Origin: Hyaloraphidium curvatum SAG 235-1
Taxonomy: Eukaryota > Fungi > Monoblepharomycota
Direction: 5' to 3'
Length of the DNA stretch: 64,000 nucleotides
Assembly (NCBI GenBank): GCA_025558095.1
Contig: JAIVFI010000033.1
Location: 248,001 to 312,000, forward strand
Below, one piece after another: positions 58,931 through 64,000 of this stretch. Every line of letters starts with the position of its first letter. The stretch's first letter is position 1. The position numbers and the translations under genes were made by a program. The notes under the pieces are model-generated. The model worked only from the letters and a program-made list of their open reading frames with translations, was not told the origin of the DNA and did not search any database.

Positions 58931-61900
58931 ATGTCGTCGCTGTGGTCGTCGCTCGGCCTGCCGGCGTCGCAGGAGGAGGCCGCGTCGAGCTTCGGCGCGT
59001 TCCTCAAGACGGCGTCGTCGGCAATCGAGTCGCGGATCGACACGGTGCTGGGCGGCGACGAGGCAAAGGCAAAGAAGCCGGGCGACGCCGCCGACGCCGA
59101 GCCGGCCGGCCCGTCGCACGATGTGGCCTCGGACATTGCCGAGAAGGCCGCCGCCGGCTTCGCGGCCTTCTCGAAGCAGACGGACGACTTTTTCTCCTCC
59201 ATGCTGGGCTCGTTTACCGCGGCTGCATCGTCGTCGGCCGAGGAGCCGGCAAAGGAGCCGGCAAAGGAACAGGAACAGCCCGTGACCACCCCGGACGAGG
59301 AAGCGAAGCTGGCGGCACCGGAAATGAAACTGCCGTCACCCTCGCCGCCGAAAGCGCCAGAGCCTGCTGCCGCAGACGAGGAGGAAGCAAAACCATTGGA
59401 CTTCCGGGAGGAGGCGGAACCCCGGCGCAGCGAGGCCGACGGCCGACCAGCGCGACACGACAGCCCTGTCGCATCTGCTGGCGCGGAAGCTACAGCCTCT
59501 CCGCAAGCCGGCCCGGACGGCTGGGCGCCTGATGAATTGGATCTCCCGGACGAAGAAGGGCAGGCCGATACGGACGCTAGTAATGTGGCGGCTGATTCTC
59601 TAGCTTCTCCGGCCAAGGACGCGGGCAATGGACAGTCTCGTGCTTCCGAAGTTCCGCACATTGTGACTACGGAGGAATCGGCACCGGCGGAAGCTTTGCC
59701 GATCAAAGCCGAAAGGTCCCCGGCGGAACCATCCCCGGGCCGGCTTTCCACGGACTCTGCGCGGCGCGTGAACGGAACCCACATGGAGCCGGAAGCAGCG
59801 TCTTCTCCAGCACCCTCCTCGGAACCAGCACCATCTTCACCGCAGATGCGTTCTCCTTCCCCGGTTTCGGCAAAGGCTGCTACCCCGACCGCTGTGGACC
59901 CCGCTTTGCAGCACGTGGTTGAGCAGCGCGAGCGCCAGCTCATGACCGCGATGGAGGAAAATCGCAACCTTCACGTCCTTGTAGAGCAGCTCCGCGAGCA
60001 GATATCGGCCCTCGAGTCGCGGCCACGAGCATCATCGGATGCCGGGGGCGGTGCGCAGGTTGCGGAACTGCGCAGGCTGTTGGAGGAACGCGAGGAGGAG
60101 GTCACGGCAAAGGAGCAGGTCATTGTCGAGCTCATGGCGGAAGGCGAGAAGCTGTCGAAGGCCGAGCTCAAGGCCTCGCAGTCCATCAAGGACCTGAAGA
60201 AGGAGAAGAAGGAGCAGGAGAAGCTGGTGCAGGACCTCAACAAGAAGATGGAAGCATCCGTGTCGGAAATCGCGGAGCTCAAGCTGCAGATCGGGCGCTT
60301 CTTGGAGGGGGAGAAGAAACTGCAGGACGCTGTGAGGACGCTCAACGAGCTGAATGATCAGCACAACAAGCAGATCGTGAAGCTCGAAGGCGAAGCTTCG
60401 ACGCTGAAGGACGACAAGTCCAACCTTCAGGTAGTTCACCGTTTCTTGAACCGCGGTTAACGTCCTCAAGTCGGATCCTCCTTCACGTTCAGATGGCTTT
60501 GGAGCGTGCATGGGCGGAGCTGTCGGAAACCCGGCGCTTGCAGGCCTCTCAAAACAGCCAGGCTCAATCCGAGGCGCTCGAGAAGGAGATCAAGACCAAC
60601 CAGGATCTCCATCTGAAGCTGGAGCAGGCGAGGAAGGACTTCGAAACCTTGGAATCGTCGTCCAGGAAAGAGGTTCGTCGTGCGTTTGCCCGGCGTGATT
60701 GACGGAAGCTGAGCGACTTGTCCGTCGTAGATCCTCGATTTGCGGACTGCTTTGGCGCGATCCGAGGAGGACTCTGGGTGGAAAGAGGACAACCTCCGGA
60801 AGGAGCTCGAGGTACATTGATGCTAAGCCTTTCGCTAAGTGAGGCCCTCAATTGTTGGCTGTTTGCAGATCATGCAGTCGCGCCTGCGTGCCGCCGAGAA
60901 TCGGAACGAGGATCTTTCCGCTTCCGTCCAGGAATCGACTCGCCCGCTTCTTCGCCAGATTGAGGCTTTGCAGACGCAGCAGCAGCAGTCTCAAAAGAAC
61001 TGGGAGCAGGCAGAAAAGACGCTGACGGCCCGCCTGCACGAGGCCGAGATGGAGAGGGAAAAGTCTTCCATTCGCGAGCGAGGATGGAGCGAGCGTGTGA
61101 ACGAGCTGGTGCGTCTCGAGTTTGTGTCCGCACGTTCTCGGCCGCTTACGCTTTTGCCCAACGCAGACAACTCGTGTCGCAACGTTGGAGTCGCAGCTTT
61201 CCATTGAGCGCCAAGACAAATCCCGGTTGACTGCGGAACTGGAGGTCGAGCGGACCCGGATGAGCGACTTCCAGGCTCAGAACAGCGATTTGAGCGCGAA
61301 GTTGGAGATCCAAAAGTCGGCGCACAACCGCGCTCTGGAGGATGCAAAGGACAGCTTCCAGAAACTCCTACGTCAGCGCCTCCAGGAGGAGCGGGAACAG
61401 TGGGAGCAAAAGAGGAAGGAGGAAGAGCGGGCCCGGCAGAACGAAGTTCGTCGCGAGCCGGAGAAATCCAAGCTCAAGTTGGACACTCAGCGCCTTAATT
61501 CGGGCCGCGAAAGCAGCGTGGATCGGTTCTCCGGCACCATTACTTCCGCACCAACGCAAAGCCCGAGCAGCATTGCCCTCGATTCCGCGTTTGGCTCGGC
61601 GACAATCGCGGGCGGTGGGCCCATGAACCCTGCCAGCGTCATTGACAGGCTCCATGGCATGGTGAAGCAGCTGGAAGGCCAGGTGTCGGGACTTCAGACG
61701 CAGTTGCAAATGGCTTCGCGTACTCGGGACGAGCTTGCGGACGAGCTGGTCAAGCTGACTTCCGAGAACGAGAGCCTGTGGGTTCATGTTCGATCGGTGC
61801 ATGTGGATCCCTCCTCACCCTTTCGTGTTTTCAGCAAGCAAAGCCTCGCCAAAGTGGAACACTTGGAGCGCGAGCTTCTGGATCTGAACACGAGGTTAGT

Positions 61901-62143
61901 TAGATCGTGGAGCCTGGAGATGCTTTCCGAGCTGACGTCGACTTTGCTAGGTACACCGCCTCTCTCGAATTGCTTGGAGAACGCACGGAACAGGTTGAAG
62001 AGCTGCGTCAGGATCTTTTGGACGTCAAGGCGAGTCAGAACGTTCTTTTCTCCTCTTGCTCGGACTGACTCTTGGTCCATCAGTCCATGTACAAGGAGCA
62101 GATTGCTGACCTCGTGGAGCAGCTGGCGCAGAGGCCGCAATGA
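58931..62143 (+). CDS. TMF1: TMF1/Sgm1 golgin coiled-coil protein
   Basis: N-terminal FLKTASSAIESRIDTVL, LMAEGEKLSKAELK, ESTRPLLRQIEALQ, LELLGERTEQVEELRQDLLDVK|SMYKEQI. Confidence 0.9.
62030..62083 (+). other. GC-AG intron (last intron of TMF1)
   Basis: AAG|GCGAGT...CTGAC...CATCAG|TCC; removal restores conserved DVK-SMYKEQI. Confidence 0.75.
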
Positions 62144-62306
62144 TTGAGATATGGGATAGATTTCACTGTATTTGCTGACACACTTGGCCCATGGAAGGGG
62201 AACACGATCGCAGGGAATGACTCAGCGCGGCGGAGAAGGTTGATGGTTGGTGGAGCAAGTCGATCGACGCCTTCCCACCATCACGACGTCCAAAACGTCG
62301 CGCGCC

Positions 62307-64000
62307 ATGGCCTTCAATTTCGGCTCGTTGTTCGAGCACTCCCTCCAGGACGCCGGCGAAGAAACGCGCCGCCTGCCACCGGGACTGGAGCCGCGGCCTC
62401 AGTACTCTTTGTTCGGCCCGCCGGGCCTCGGCCCGCTCCGGCCGACGACGCCGTCCTCGGGGCCTGGCACGCCCAGCACGCCTCTAACGGCCTCGCTGTT
62501 CGCTCCTCCAGGCTTGGGGCCTAGCAGCCTCGCGTTGCCCTTCACCACAGAGCGCGATGTGGCCGTCGGACACGTCCCCGAGTCGGCTTTCGATTCGCTC
62601 TTCGATCGACTCGCCAAGAACCTGGCCCAGTACAGCTCCGTCGCCACGCCGTTTGCATCATCAGCTCAGACTCTCGTCGGGGACCGCGGTTTCGGCACGG
62701 TGACGAGCCAGGTTCTGCCTGATGACCACGGCGATCTGCCGGCTGGCCCGACTCCCGAGAGCTTCGACAGTGCGGAAACTCGTGCGTTTACCGAAGATTC
62801 GGATAGCCTGGCCAGGATGAGCCCCATCAGCCCCACTGGGTCATCGACGTGGGCCAAAGTGGCCACTTTCAACGTCCCCTCTTCATCAGCGGGACTCGCC
62901 CGTTTCCGCACCATCGAGGACGAAGTTTCCTCGGTCGAGGATGGAATCAACGTTGGTTGATGCGCGCGCCCCAAAGCTCCGCATCGAGCTCGAAACGTTC
63001 CGCTTTCGCAGATCTCTCCGGGGAAAGAGATCGAAAGCCCTGAGCATCAGAGGGCCGTCGTACGGGTGTCGGATCTGCCCCGGCACTTTGCGCATGCAGA
63101 CATCAAGAAGGTGCTGCCGATTACTTGCCTTTCTGCGCATCATGTCGCTGATTTCGCCATTCCTTCAGATGCTGAAGGCGCACGGAGTCCGGAGCTCGAT
63201 CGTGAGTTCTAGACGATTGATCTGCGATCTGCGCCATCCTAACCATTGGTGCAACTGAAGACCCACTTCATCATCAATCGGAAGACTTTCGGTAGCTTGG
63301 TGAAAGCTCGTTAGGACGTGAAGGTGGCACTGATGCACAACCCTTGCAGAGAAAGTCACCGCTGAAGGCATCAGGTCCCCGCTGCCCGTGGAGGAGGTCT
63401 ACCTCGAGTTCAAGGTAGCTTCGTACGCGGACGCGCTGCTCAAGTCGCCGCAGCCCAAGATCGGCGGCAAGCCCGTGGCGATAGCGCCGAGCGATGCGCC
63501 GGAACTGCGGGCCGCGCTCTTCCCCAAGCTCAAGGGCAGGGACAAGAGCGATGACTATCCGGTGCTTCCCAAGGACGAGATCGCCGCCATACTAGACTTC
63601 TGTACGCGTGCCGAGGTACGTTTGGTTCGCTTTTGTGCCGGTGTCCTCGAGTGACGCCTTTCGCCAAGGCGGCATTCCCACACGACAACTCGATTCCGTT
63701 CGAGCACGTCTGCTCGATCCTCCAGAAGATCGCGCGCATGGACAGCGACAAGGTCCCCGACATGCAGAGGAACGCCGTGGTTCGTGGCTTTTGCGCGATC
63801 GGGCGAACCCAGGTCCGTTTACGCTGGCGACGCAGTACGATCTCGCGAAGCTCTCGATCAACGCCCTGCACCTCAAGCTCTCGGCCAAGCGCGGCAACTA
63901 CGTCGGCCTGCAGCAGGGTCTGCTCGTGAAGCTGGTCGTCGCGGCGCTGACGGGTCGGTGCCCGGCCGGGAGCAAGGCTGCGATCGGCGGCGAGCTGACC
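62307..64000 (+). CDS. Uncharacterised fungal RRM-like protein (runs off window)
   Basis: Low-complexity N-terminus, then THFIINRKT..EVYLEF..KIGGKPVAIAPSD..ELRAALFP..PFEHVCSIL; multi-exon. Confidence 0.5.

Overview
Gene-dense (about 35 genes), GC-rich eukaryotic nuclear DNA with many short (~50-60 nt) spliceosomal introns that have degenerate GT donors, occasional GC donors and CTRAY-type branch points. Gene content mixes fungal genes (GaaA, Met30/SconB, Cdc12 septin, Eaf1, Pop3) with animal-type genes I do not know from budding yeast (TBC1D7, TTC5, SETD3, C8orf76-like, PCSK7-like convertase). This points to an early-diverging, probably zoosporic, fungus (inference). Genes are mostly housekeeping and packed head-to-head (often <100 bp apart) or tail-to-tail (26-77 bp apart). 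I found no transposon, tRNA, rRNA or CRISPR array. Best leads: (1) a 317-nt, multi-stem structured intron in the PAC4 gene; (2) a ~270-nt multibranch fold immediately upstream of the EAF1 start codon; (3) an active-site thioredoxin fused to SHP-box, UIM and UBX motifs (candidate redox-active p97/Cdc48 adaptor); (4) retained animal-type TSC, tubulin-autoregulation and actin-methylation components; (5) repeated peptide motifs in a TPR-SH3 protein and a PP2C tail. CDS spans include introns. Exon boundaries were read by eye and homologies come from remembered motifs, not database searches.
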